Program-made: the position numbers and the translations under genes | Shown: piece by piece, positions 12,733 through 24,104 of the stretch | How positions within the stretch are numbered: the first letter of the stretch is position 1 | Layout of the letters: every line of letters begins with the position of its first letter | The notes under the pieces: model-generated | What the model saw: only the letters and a program-made list of their open reading frames with translations | What the model was told of the DNA's origin: nothing | Databases searched by the model: none | Assembly (NCBI GenBank): GCA_951406725.2 | Contig: OX597816.1 | Span: forward strand, 48,608,001-48,672,000 | DNA from: Octopus vulgaris | Lineage: Eukaryota | DNA length: 64,000 nucleotides | Reading direction: 5' to 3'

Positions 12733-13135
12733 ACTCTTTTACTCTTTTACTTGCTTCAGTCATTTGACTGCGACCATGCTGGAGCACCGCCTTTAGTCGA
12801 GCAAATCGACCCCGGGACTTATTCTTTGTAAGCCCAGTACTTATTCTATTGGTCTCTTTTGCCGAACCGCTAAGTGACGGGGACGTAAATACACCAGCAT
12901 CGGTTGTCAAGCAATGCTAGGGGGACAAACACAGACACACAAACACACACACACATATATATACATATATACGACAGGCTTCTTTCAGTTTCCGTCTACC
13001 AAATCCACTCACAAGGCATTGGTCGGCCCGGGGCTATAGCAGAAGACACTTGCCCAAGGTGCCACGCAGTGGGACTAAACCCGGAACCTTGTGGTTGGTA
13101 AGCAAGCTACTTACCACACAGCCACTCCTGCGCCT
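12733..13135 (-). mobile_element. tRNA-derived SINE (family A), full length
   Basis: Reverse complement of GGCGCAGGAGTGGCTGTGTGGTAAG...GGTGCTCCAGCATGGCCGCAGTCAAATGACTGAAAC(AAGAGTA)n; at least 10 copies in the window. Confidence 0.9.
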
Positions 13136-14242
13136 ATGCTAAACTTTTTTCAACAAGTTGTTGCTGTAAGTTCCTGGTTAGTTTAGCAGTGTCTTTTATG
13201 GTTTTGTGAAGCTCAGCTTCTACAGATTGTTGCTGAGACAGTTACACATCCAAGTTCCCCAATAGTTATAAGTAATACTATGAAACTATAGTCTGGGTGG
13301 AGTAACGGCAGATTTCTCATTATTTCAACATAGATGTTTTTTTTTTATTTCCTCACCAATCTTTAATATCATGTTAACACCTACTGAGCAACTGATTTTC
13401 ACTACATTACACAATTTCCTCTGTTCTAGATCATGCTTCTCATGTCTGTTACGCTTGCATTTTACTGAGATCTTAATAGAAACATTCCACCAGTATTCTT
13501 TCATATGATTGATTGTGCTCTTCGCATCATCTCTGTACATATGTAGTTTAGTGTAGTGTCTCGGTGTTGTAAGATTACATAGATTTTGCTGTTTGTCTTG
13601 ACTTCTCATATCACTTTGTGTCTTGTGCATAGGTACTGAGCATGTCCAGTTGTATATCTTTTGTCTGTGTCTGGTATTATTGAGGAACAAAAGGGAAATC
13701 CAGAACAGTAAGGTTCCCTTATGATGCCCCACTTATTATCACAGACTTCTTACATAGTCATTCACCTCCAACATGTAGCTGACTTTGGGAATATGATGCT
13801 CGTCTTCAGTCAACTGGAATTTCAGAAGAGAGCTGTTTGAAGTCCAGTGTCCTATTGTTGCGCTGCAGTTAGGAATGGACTGTGGTGCTTTATCACTTGT
13901 AGGTTTTGAAGCACTGTTTCCTTAAAAATGATAATTGCATCATCATCATCATCATCATTTAATGCCCGTTGTCCTTGCTGCTCAGTTACAAGGACGTAAA
14001 CAAACCAGCACTGGTTGTCAAGAGGTGGGGGTGGACAAAGACAGAAACAAGGTCAACAACATACACAACACTGGTGTTAGGAAGGGCATCTAGCTATAGA
14101 AACCATCCCAAAATAGATATGGAGCCTAGGCAGCTCTTTAGCTGGCCAGCTCCTGTCCAACCCATGCCAGCATGGAAAACAGACATTAAACAATGATAAG
14201 GAGGATGATGATGATGATGATATTTCTTTCTTTCTTTTCTTT

Positions 14243-14637
14243 CTTTTACTTGTTTCAGTCATTTGACTGCGGCCATGCTGGAGCACCACCTTTAGTCGAG
14301 CAAATCGACCCCAGAACTTATTCTTTGTAAGCCTAGTACTTATTCTATCGGTCTCTTTTGCCGAACCGCTAAGTTACGGGGACATAAACACATCAGCACC
14401 GGTTGTCAAGCGATGTTGGTGGGACAAACACAAACATACACACACATACACATATATATACATATATACATATATACGACGGGCTTCTTCCAGTTTCCGT
14501 CTACCAAATCCCTTCACAAGGCTTTGGTCGGCCCGAGGCTATAGTAGAAGACACTTGGCCAAGGTGCCACGCAGTGGGACTGAACCCGGAACCATGTGGT
14601 TGGTAAACAAGCTACTTACCACATAGCCACTCCTACG

Positions 14638-14640
<3 letters not shown>
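14243..14640 (-). mobile_element. tRNA-derived SINE (family A)
   Basis: Colinear with 12733-13135. Confidence 0.9.
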
Positions 14641-14670
<30 letters not shown>

Positions 14671-15396
14671 CAGGCTCTTATATAATTTTGTCTACCAAAT
14701 TCACTTAGAAGGCATTAAGTTGGCCTGGTTCTTTAATAGAAGACAATTGCCCAAGGTTCTGTGCCATAGGATTTGAACCCCAGACTGTATATATGCAAAG
14801 AGATTTTTTTTTACTACACAGACATGTCTGTGCTTTATATATTTCCCTAACCCCCCACCACCACTACCATGCACACACTCATGATGGAAAATTTTAGATT
14901 AGAAAGCTTCCTAACAAGCTTACTTTGATAGTTAGGTTTGTTGTGTTATTTCATTTATTGTCTGTGTCTGTAATTTTTGGCTGTGTTCAGTGGTTTGGAT
15001 AAATAATGGACTGATTACCAGACTGAAAGACAAAAAATCACAGTGAAGGATTCAGTGTTGTTACAAGGGTCAAATGATTTTTTTTTTTTTGCCTTTTTAA
15101 TTTTTATTTTCTAATTATTTTCAACACTCACACACACATACACACACACACGTGCACAAGCATACAATCAGGCTTAGGTGTCCACATATATATCATAACA
15201 AATGCAATCTCATGCACATATATATCCAAACACATACAGGAATACACACACCAGCCTACGAATTACATTGTATGTGTTGCTTCTCTGTAGAAATGTTTGC
15301 TATTAGTTGTTGTCATTCAAATGATTATGTCTCATTAACCTTTTGTCGAAAGTAGATATATACATTACATATATATATTACATATATATATATTAC

Positions 15397-15430
<34 letters not shown>

Positions 15431-15433
15431 ATA

Positions 15434-15631
15434 TGAGGGGGTGCTGAAAAGTTAAGGGTATTGTGGAAGGCCCAATCTTCTGAGTTCTTTGGCAGGGCTT
15501 ACAAAAACTGAAGGACTGCTACAATAAACGTGTGGATCTGGGAGGGGAATATGTTCAATAATATCATAATTAACTGATCTTCCAGTATTTTCCTTTATCC
15601 AAAGCCAGGAACTTTTCAGCACTCCCCCCCA
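15434..15631 (+). mobile_element. mariner-derived MITE
   Basis: TIRs TGAGGGGGTGCTGAAAAGTT / AACTTTTCAGCACTCCCCCCCA with TA flanks; interior reads GLQKLKDCYNKRVDLGGEYVQ*, like a mariner transposase C-terminus. Confidence 0.8.
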
Positions 15632-15800
15632 TATGTGTGTGTGTGTGTGTGTGTATACATGTATGAGTGTGTGTGTGTGTGTGTATACATGTATGTGTGT
15701 GTGTCTTTGAAATTGTTCTATGTGTTTGTGCAGAATATTTCATTTAAAGTTGAGTGAAATCTCAAGTACAAGGTATTTTTACACTCTGTTATTTCTACAG

Positions 15801-16226
15801 GTGGAATGCAAACGAGCTGAACCTCTTGGACGTATGAAAGGTGACCAAAATAGTGGCCAGGCATTACCAACGTCACTAGATCAACTTCAGCATCAGTTGA
15901 TGCTGCCGAAAGACCAGGTCCCAGACGGATTGTCAGCGTGGAGGCCCCCTTCTGCTGTACTTACTGACAATGGAAATATCGGTGCTAAACCTGGCTTTGA
16001 AATGGTCAATGGCACCAGCACTGCTATTGGGGATGCTGCAGGTTGTAGTAACATTGATGCAAATGGTGTGCGTAGCAACCCAGCTGGAGTCTGTGGCGCT
16101 GCTCTGCCTTACGTTGCAAATCCCCCGGCTAGTAACGGTGTGAAGGTTTCCATGTACCATCAACTGGTTAGCTATCCTGGGATTTACTCTGTTAGTCAGC
16201 AGCAGCAGTTTCAGCAACAGTTGCAA

Positions 16227-16258
<32 letters not shown>

Positions 16259-16298
16259 TCAGCAACAGCAGCAACAACAGCAGTTGCAACAACAACAA

Positions 16299-16339
<41 letters not shown>

Positions 16340-16566
16340 GCTGCAACAGCCACAGCAACCACAGCAACAATCGCCACAACAGCAATCTTTAATGCCAGTT
16401 CCGCCGCCACAATCAGTTGTTCCAACAACAAATCAGCCTATCCAATCAGATGGTTACGGACAACAGACTGCTCCGGTATATGTTGCACAATCGGTACAAT
16501 CTAGGCAACAGCCCCCACAGGGCTACCTTACCTCTTGGGGGCAGCCACCCCCTTCTGTACCACCAG
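15801..16566 (+). CDS. DAZAP1: Internal coding exon of DAZAP1/Hrb27C(Hrp48)-like RNA-binding protein (end of RRM2, then low-complexity polyQ region)
   Basis: Acceptor tttctacag|GTG, donor CCAG|gtatgt; begins VECKRAEP (cf. RRM2-terminal VEVKRAEP of DAZAP1); 766 nt, open, phase 0 to phase 1. Confidence 0.85.
16197..16386 (+). repeat. Coding (CAG/CAA)n polyglutamine repeat
   Basis: Mixed CAG/CAA codons in frame with the exon. Confidence 0.95.
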
Positions 16567-17789
16567 GTATGTAAAAGTACTTTGAATTTATGTTTTACTG
16601 ATTGGTTAATAAAAGACATTACTTTGGTACACTTGTTTTCATATCTCCTCAAATATAGATCAAGGGAAATTGGAGCCAAACATAGTTCATTATCTATAAT
16701 ATAAATTGGACATGGGCAATCATTGTATTCTTTCTTGGCTTGAGGTTCACAGCCAAACGGCTGGGTGGATTCACGTGAAAAATAGCACACATATGGAGAC
16801 GGGTGTATAGATTGGAATGCGGTTTGTATTTTTTACCTAGTCCCCATACTTACCGAGAAAATCGATCAAAACTTTTTCTAATAGATTTCCCCTCTTTCTT
16901 TCGCCATTAAAACAACCAGTTGCTGAGAAGCTGTTTTCTGACGGGGTGGGGTCAGAAAATTTTCATACAGCTGGGGACCCGAAATAATAAAGTTGAGAAA
17001 CGCTGTTATAGATTATGCCTAATCGAAAACGATCATAGCCACTTCATCCAAACAGACAGGGTGAAACTGGGCTTAGCTGCTAGTTACATATAAAGATAAA
17101 GTATTCTTTCCAAGTCCTATGGACTCATAAGGGTCAGTTTCCTGGTTTCTGTTACATCGTCGTCATCATTATCATCATCATTTAGCATACGTTTTCCATG
17201 CCGGCATGGGTTAGATGGGCTTGACTGGAAAACTGATGAGTCAGAGAGCTGCACCAAGCGCCACTATGTTTTGACTTGGTTTCTCCTGCTAGATGTCCTT
17301 CCTAATGCCAATCCCTCAACTGGTTTAATATTTGTGTATTATATTAAATATGTTTATAATTTGGTGTGTATTACTTTCACGTGACACAGTGGTTAGAATG
17401 TTGGGCTCACAATCATAAGGTAGTGAGTTTGATTCCTGGACTGGGCTGTGTTGTGTTCTTCAGCAAGACATTTTATTTCACATTGCTCTTGTTCACTCAG
17501 CTGTGGAAATGAGTTGTGATGTCAAAGATGCCAAGCTATATTGACCTCTGCCTTACTCTTGGATAACATTGGTAGTGTGGAGAAGGGGAGGCTGGTATGT
17601 ATGGATCACTCCTGGTCTTCTATAAGCCACCTTGCTTGGACTTGTGCCTTGGATGGTAACTTTCTAAGTGCAATGCCATGGTCGTTCATGTCTGAAGGGA
17701 ACCTTTACCCTTCACTTTCTCATGGTTTTATATTTTTAAAAAAATGTTAAATTGCAAATTTAAACATACATAAATTATGTTAAAACTTG

Positions 17790-18115
17790 CCTTCAACATG
17801 TCACTGGCATGGATGCCTTTAATGTGTCACCTGCATAAGTGCCTTTAATGTGTCTCCAGCACAGGTGCCTTTAATGTATCACCAGCACAGGTGCCTTTAA
17901 TGTATCACCAGCATGGATGCCTTTAATGTGTCACCAGCATAGGTGCCTTTAATGTGTCACCTGCATGGATGCCTTTAATGTGTCACCAGCATAGGTGCCT
18001 TTAATGTGTCACCTGCATGGATGCCTTTAATGTGTCACCAGCACAGGTACCTTTAATGTATCACCAGCACAGGTGCCTTTAATGTGTCACTAGCATGGAT
18101 GACTTTAATGTGTCA
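17790..18115. repeat. 26-bp minisatellite, ~12 copies
   Basis: Unit (A/G)G(G/A)TGCCTTTAATGTGTCACCAGCA(T/C); period 26 (e.g. 17941 to 17967). Confidence 0.95.
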
Positions 18116-18402
18116 TATATTTACCCCTTAATGGGATGCCAGTCCATTGCAGGATTACTCATTTTTGCCTGCTGAGTGGAATGACGCAACATAAAATGAA
18201 GTGTTTTGCTTAAGAACACAATGTGTTGCCCAGTTCAGGGATTGAAACCGCAATCTTACAGTGACATGTACAACTCATCCCTTGAGATAAAAGTACCTTT
18301 CTTTTGAACATTGGACCTGTGACCCTCCTATGTAAAACACATTTCTGACAAAAGAGCCTCTAAGTGTTTGCTCAAAAAGTTTTATTGTTTCATTATTTTC
18401 AG

Positions 18403-18828
18403 CAAACTATGGTAACCCACCTTCTGGTCTGCCTGAATATACTTTTCAAGGACCAATCCAGGACCAAGTAAGTTCTCAGGTTTACAATCAGTGGAATGAC
18501 AGAGCCCAGCAAGGTCTGCCCATCACAATGCCTTCTCAACAGCAACAACACCAGCAGCCACAACAGCAACAGCCACAACAGCAGCAGCAACAACCACAGC
18601 AACAGCATCATCATCAACAGCAGCACCAACAGCAACAGCTTACTCAAAGCAATCAGGGTCAACTGACTACTACACCACTACCTCCAGCTGTTGCAAGTAG
18701 CTATCAAGGATATTCACAGATGCCTCTCTTAGGACAAACCGTTCCTCCACCTCCTAACTATGGAATTCCACAGCAAACTCTGTCACAGTCACCAGCCTTA
18801 CCTCCTACTGTACAGTATGCCAATTACA
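18403..18828 (+). CDS. DAZAP1: Penultimate identified coding exon of the DAZAP1-like gene (Q/P/Y-rich)
   Basis: Acceptor ttattttcag|CA, donor TACA|gtaagt; 426 nt, phase 1 to 1, open in the frame carried from 16566 (ANYGNPPSGLPEY...PPTVQYANY). Confidence 0.85.
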
Positions 18829-18903
18829 GTAAGTAAGAACTTTGCCAATCATTTAGCACTGAACTGTTTTGAGGGGTGCATTAAAAACGAACCTGATAGT
18901 TAT

Positions 18904-19077
18904 ACTCTTTTACTTGTTTCAGTCATTCGACCCTAGGACTTATTCTTTGTAAACCAAGTACTTATTCTATCAGTCTCTTTTACCAAACCGCTAAGTTACG
19001 GGGATGTAAACACACCAGCATAGGTTGTCAAGTGATGTTGCGGAGACAAACACAGACACACAAACATATACACACTC

Positions 19078-19118
<41 letters not shown>

Positions 19119-19270
19119 TTCGATGGGCTTCTTTCAGTTTCCGTCTACCAGATCCACTCACAAGGCTTTGGTCGGCCCAAGGCTATAGTAGAAGACATTT
19201 GCCCAATGCGCCATGCAGTGGAACTGAACCCGGAACCATGTGGTTGGTAAGCAAGCTACTTACCACACAG
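18904..19270 (-). mobile_element. tRNA-derived SINE (family A), internally deleted
   Basis: Colinear with 12733-13135. Confidence 0.85.
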
Positions 19271-19379
19271 CTACTCAAATTTTATGTGATATGGATTAGA
19301 GATTAGTGTTTTGAAAGGTGGGGAGGAGGTACTAGGTAGGGAAAGGAGAGTATGGAAGCCAAAATATGTTGCAGTGTAT

Positions 19380-19582
19380 GGCAGAATCATAAGCATACTG
19401 GGTAGAATGCTTAGCGGCAATTTGTCCATCTTTATGTTCTGAGTTCAAATTCTGCTGAGGTCAACTTTGCCTTTCATCCTTTCAGAGTTGATGAAATAAG
19501 TATGAGTTGAGCACTGGTGGGGTCAATGTAATCGAGTAGCCCTTTCCTTCAAATTTCAGTCCTTGTGTCTATAGTAGAAGGG

Positions 19583-19633
<51 letters not shown>

Positions 19634-20197
19634 GAGTGAGAGAGCAGTGCATGCCATCAAAGTGACACTGGGGTAAAATATACGAAGCCCAGTATACCCA
19701 TCAGGACTATCTGTCTGATAAGGGTACACCAGGCATGTGCATATGTGTGTGACATGGTGATCTCATATCAAGGTAAACAGCGCATGACCTTGCAAGTGGG
19801 GCCCAGTTAGAATTTTCTTCTGGTCGAGTAGCCCATTCCACTCAAAAGGTCCCTGAATAAGGATTGTTTAAAGATGTTGAACGAACCACCCATGTTTCCA
19901 AAGGTAAATTATCCAAACCTCTAAGAATTTCTCTTTCAACACATGGCTATGATGCTCCCCCACTATTTCTTCTCGTGATCAGAGATGCACATATCGTCAG
20001 CCACTAAGGGACATGCTCAACTGGTTAAGGTCAAACAACTGACAAGCAAATCTGTGGTATTCAGCAGAATATTTGCTGTAACCCATCTTTTATACCAAGA
20101 CAAAACAACGTACATGATAACACTTCCAATCAGTTAAGATCAGAAGTCATGAGAACCACTGTCTGGTACTGCATCAGGGCATTTATTATTATTATTA

Positions 20198-20240
<43 letters not shown>

Positions 20241-20812
20241 CATTATTATTATTATTAATATTATTATTATTATTATTATCATTATTAAGGCAGTGAGCTG
20301 CCAGAATTGTTAGCATGCCAGGCGAAATACTTAGCGGTATTTCGTCTGCCACTACCTTCTGAGTTCAAATTCCACCGCGATCGACTTTGCCTTTCATCCC
20401 TTTCAGAGTCGATAAATTAAGCATCAGTTGAGCTCTGAGGTCGATGTAATCAACCAGTCTCCTCCTCCAAATTCTAGGCCTTGTGCCTACAGTAGAAAGG
20501 ATTATTATTATTGTAGTAGTAGTAGTAGTTGCATAAGCTGTATAATAAGCCTTGGGTCAGCCTTGTTCAACTAGACCTAAATAATAACAACAACAACCCT
20601 TTCTACTATAGGTACTAGGCCTGAAATTTTGAGGGAGGGAGCTAGTCGACTACATTGACCCCATTGTTCAACTCATACTTATTTCAGTGATCCAGACTGA
20701 ATGAAAGGTGAAGTTGACCTCAGTGGAATTTGAACCCGGAATGTAAAGACAGTCAAAATGAAACTAAGCATTTTGTCCAGCTTGCTAATGATTCTGCCAG
20801 CTTACCTCCTTT

Positions 20813-20844
<32 letters not shown>

Positions 20845-21055
20845 TTTAAATTTTGGCACAAAGCCAGCAATTTTGGGGGAGGAGGTAGCTGATTTCATTT
20901 GACCCCAGTGGTCAACCGGTACTTGTTTTATTGAGCCCAAAAGGGTGAAAGGTACAGTTGACTTCAATGGAATTTGAACTCAGAACATAAAGATAGAGGA
21001 AATGCTGCTAAGCTTTTTGCCTAGCGTGCTACCAGTTCTACCAGCTCGCTGCTTT
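19380..21055. mobile_element. Cluster of family B SINEs (both orientations) with (TAA)n/(TAG)n microsatellites and an inserted ~545-bp element (19634-20181)
   Basis: Recurring GGCAGAATCGTTAGC...GAGTTCAAATTCCGCCGAGGTCGACTTTGCCTTTCATCC core at 19380(+), 20288(+), 20600-20808(-), 20830-21050(-). Confidence 0.8.
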
Positions 21056-22100
21056 AGTAGTAGTAGTATTAATAGTAGTGGTGGTGGGGTGTCGGTGGTG
21101 GTAGTAATGAGCTTATTGTATATAGAACTGACTACAACTTGTCAGAAATGTGTAAAAGAAGGAACAAAAAGCAGTAATAAGTCAAAATGAAAGACAGCAG
21201 AATAGTGCCTGTACAGTACACAAAATAAAGTGAAAAAAAAAAGAAAGAAGTGGACAGTAAAAGAGCTATAAAGAGAAAAGGGCACATTAGCACATCAGGA
21301 GTGGTGTTGGCAAATTTTAGGATCCATGGAATTTTTGAAGGATGCAACTTTTGTGACAGCTATCAGCTAACATAAGTATTTTATGTCATGCTTCAGCAAT
21401 TCTGAGCATGGAAAAATGTTTCTGAAAGTCATAGGTGCAGCTCTGCTTTTAGATTTTTATTAGCAAAAAACAGAGATATTCTAGCTGGAACCATTCTGTC
21501 TTTCCAGAAAGAATATATCCAGGACTACATTACCCAATATGTCCCCCCCCCACTTTTTTTTTTCCCTGTTTTTAATCCTTTAGCATTTAAACCGACCATA
21601 TCCAGCCCAAATATTCTACAAATAAACAATCATGTCCTCAAAATCTCTAAGCTAGAAGATAATACAGGATTGATTTTTAAATGTGAATGAGTAAATTTCA
21701 CACTTGACAGAGTAATCTGAATGCTAAAGAGTTAGATATGTGTGAGATTTGAGGGAAATTTGGCTGTTTTTTCTAGCTATTTGAACCACTACTTAGTCTT
21801 TCTGATTGAGTCATATGCCACAAAATAAGTATATACAAAAGTGTAACTAATTATCTTCTTAGTTGCTGAATTGTCTCTGGACCCTTGTTCCTTCTTTCTA
21901 GCTGGACCCTGCCACCCTCTTAACACAGTTGCAGGTAATAACCCTGCCTTCATAGTTCTGAGAAGTCCATGTTCTGATGGTCTAATATTTGGGAAGTCTA
22001 AGCAGAACGCTAGTGGTACATAGTTACTGTGTGGTCTTCTTTATAAGAAGGATGATCTTCCTTCTTATTACTTTGCGTTAATACATGAAAGCAATTATAT

Positions 22101-22500
22101 AGGCACAGGAGTGGCCGTGTGGTAAGTAGCTTGCTTACCAACCACATGGTTCTGGGTTCAAACCCACTGTGTGGCACCTTGGGCAAGTGTCTTCTACTGT
22201 AGCCCCGGGCCGACCAATGCCTTGTGAGTGGATTTGGTAGACGGAAACTGAAAGAAGCCTGTCGTATATATATGTATGTGTGTGCGTGTGTTTGTGTGTC
22301 TGTGTTTGTCCCCCTAGCATTGTTTGACAACCGATGCTGGTGTGTTTACGTCCCCATCACTTAGCGGTTCGACAAAAGAGACCAATAGAATAAGTACTGG
22401 GCTTACAAAGAATAAGTCCCGGGGTCGATTTGCTCGACTAAAGGCGGTCCTCCAGCATGGCCACAGTCAAATGACTGAAACAAGTAAAAGAGTAAAAGAG
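22101..22500 (+). mobile_element. tRNA-derived SINE (family A), full length
   Basis: Head AGGCACAGGAGTGGCCGTGTGG through tail GAAACAAGTAAAAGAGTAAAAGAG. Confidence 0.9.
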
Positions 22501-22562
22501 TATATAAATATGTCTGTGCATATATATATGTGTGTACATATAAATATGTCTACATATATATG

Positions 22563-24041
22563 TGTGTCCCACATTATTAGGCAAATCAACCTTCTCTCAA
22601 TAAATAAATGTATATTCGTTCAAAACCAGTTGTTTTCCCACTGACTGTTGGCAACATCTATCTGTGCACTTTCTGTGAAATTAAATCGGATCTGCACAGA
22701 TGCTAACAAATGGCTGCCATTTTTGTGATTGGGTAACATTTTCACCACCACAAGTTATTAGGCAGGTATAATAAAAATGATAATTGTGTCAGAACAAATA
22801 TTTATTTAATTCAACAATAAAGGTTTAACAAAAAACTTATTCATAAAGGACTTAATGGTAAACATAATAATACATTCAAATGAGAATAATCATGGGATTA
22901 TGATGTCATACAGCTGTTTGATATATGGTCCTCCACATGCAATAACTTTCCTTATGTGCTGATCCATTGAATTTGTGAAAGTGATGATATCCTCTTGTGT
23001 CATGCTTTGAGCAGCATCTACAATAGCATCCCAAAGGGATGCTATCCATCTTGGTAAATGCACTGCTTTAGGAAACTCCACAAGTTCTCGATTAGGTTTA
23101 AGTCAAGGGAACAAGGTGGTTACTCTATCAAACGACCTCCAGAGAAGCTTATTTGCTGCAAATATTCCTTAGAATTCTTTGCTAAATGAGACAGGGCATC
23201 ATCTTGTATGAAAGTTTTTGCCTTTTGAACCACAGTTGGAAATTATCCTTTAAGAAGGTAACATGTGTTTTTTGATGCCATCTAGGACTTTCCATGGCCT
23301 GACCATCATGCCACCAATGATGCCAGCCCAAAACATGACACCACTTCCTCCCTGTTGGTGTCTCAAATGATGATGACGGTTCCTGCTGATTGATATCCAA
23401 CCTTTACTCCAACAATCTGTTGATAAAATCTATCTTCATGTACTCTTCTGCCCATTTCAGTTTCTTCTGCTTATGTACAGCCTTCGGAGGGGGCTTTGTA
23501 ACTGGTTTAACATTCCTGGCTACCTGCTTTAAGAGGTGACACATATTAGTCTTCACTACATCTTCCCTGACACAGTGTTTAAAGATTTCTTACTTGTCAG
23601 ACATGTGTTCTGCGCAGCTTTCCTTTTCACACTTGACAAAGTATGATTCGAAGCAGCCCTCAACTCGCCCTTATCTGCCCTCGACCGAACAGAAATAGGA
23701 AATTGCACAAATTTCTTCACTGCTCAGTGATCTCTTCCCAGTATTTTTGATATTTCTATGTTTGTTTTTCATTTCCCAAGCTCTGACACGATGGTAGACT
23801 TCTCGTTTGAGATAAGATCACATTTCTGACCCATAATGACCCTTAATTAGGCACTTGTTTAATAATTTGGGACAGCAGAAATGGCCGTTGTTTGTTTCTG
23901 TCTGTGCAGATTCGATTTATTTTAACAGGATTTATGCAGATAGGTATTGCCAGCATTCAGTGGGAAAACAACTGGTTTTGAACGAATATTCATTTCCTTA
24001 TTGAGAGAAGGTTGATTTGCCTAATAATGTGGGATGCAATG
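22563..24041 (-). mobile_element. Degenerate Tc1-like transposon with long (~170 bp) TIRs
   Basis: TCCCACATTATTAGGCAAATCAACCTTCTCTCAATAA... is inverted at ...TTATTGAGAGAAGGTTGATTTGCCTAATAATGTGGGA; minus strand reads QQGGSGVMFWAGII (~23315-23357) and PPCSLDLNLIENLW (23078-23119). Confidence 0.92.
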
Positions 24042-24053
24042 TGTGTGTGTGTG

Positions 24054-24104
<51 letters not shown>

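Noticed and set aside
12659-13101. Recurring short ORFs such as ...VEDTCPRCHAVGLNPEPCGW and ...RLKAVLQHGRSQMTETSK
   Set aside because: Translations of family A SINE copies, not a gene family
1-15800. Upstream RRM1/RRM2 exons of the DAZAP1-like gene
   Set aside because: No RNP1/RNP2-like (RGFGFVTF, IFVGG) exon found by eye; probably upstream of the window, though a short exon could have been missed
15933-16431. Minus-strand poly-Leu and poly-Ala/Val ORFs (also 18399-18662)
   Set aside because: Antisense shadows of the CAG/CAA polyQ exons
17790-18115. CRISPR-like direct repeats
   Set aside because: Head-to-tail 26-bp units without spacers; ordinary minisatellite
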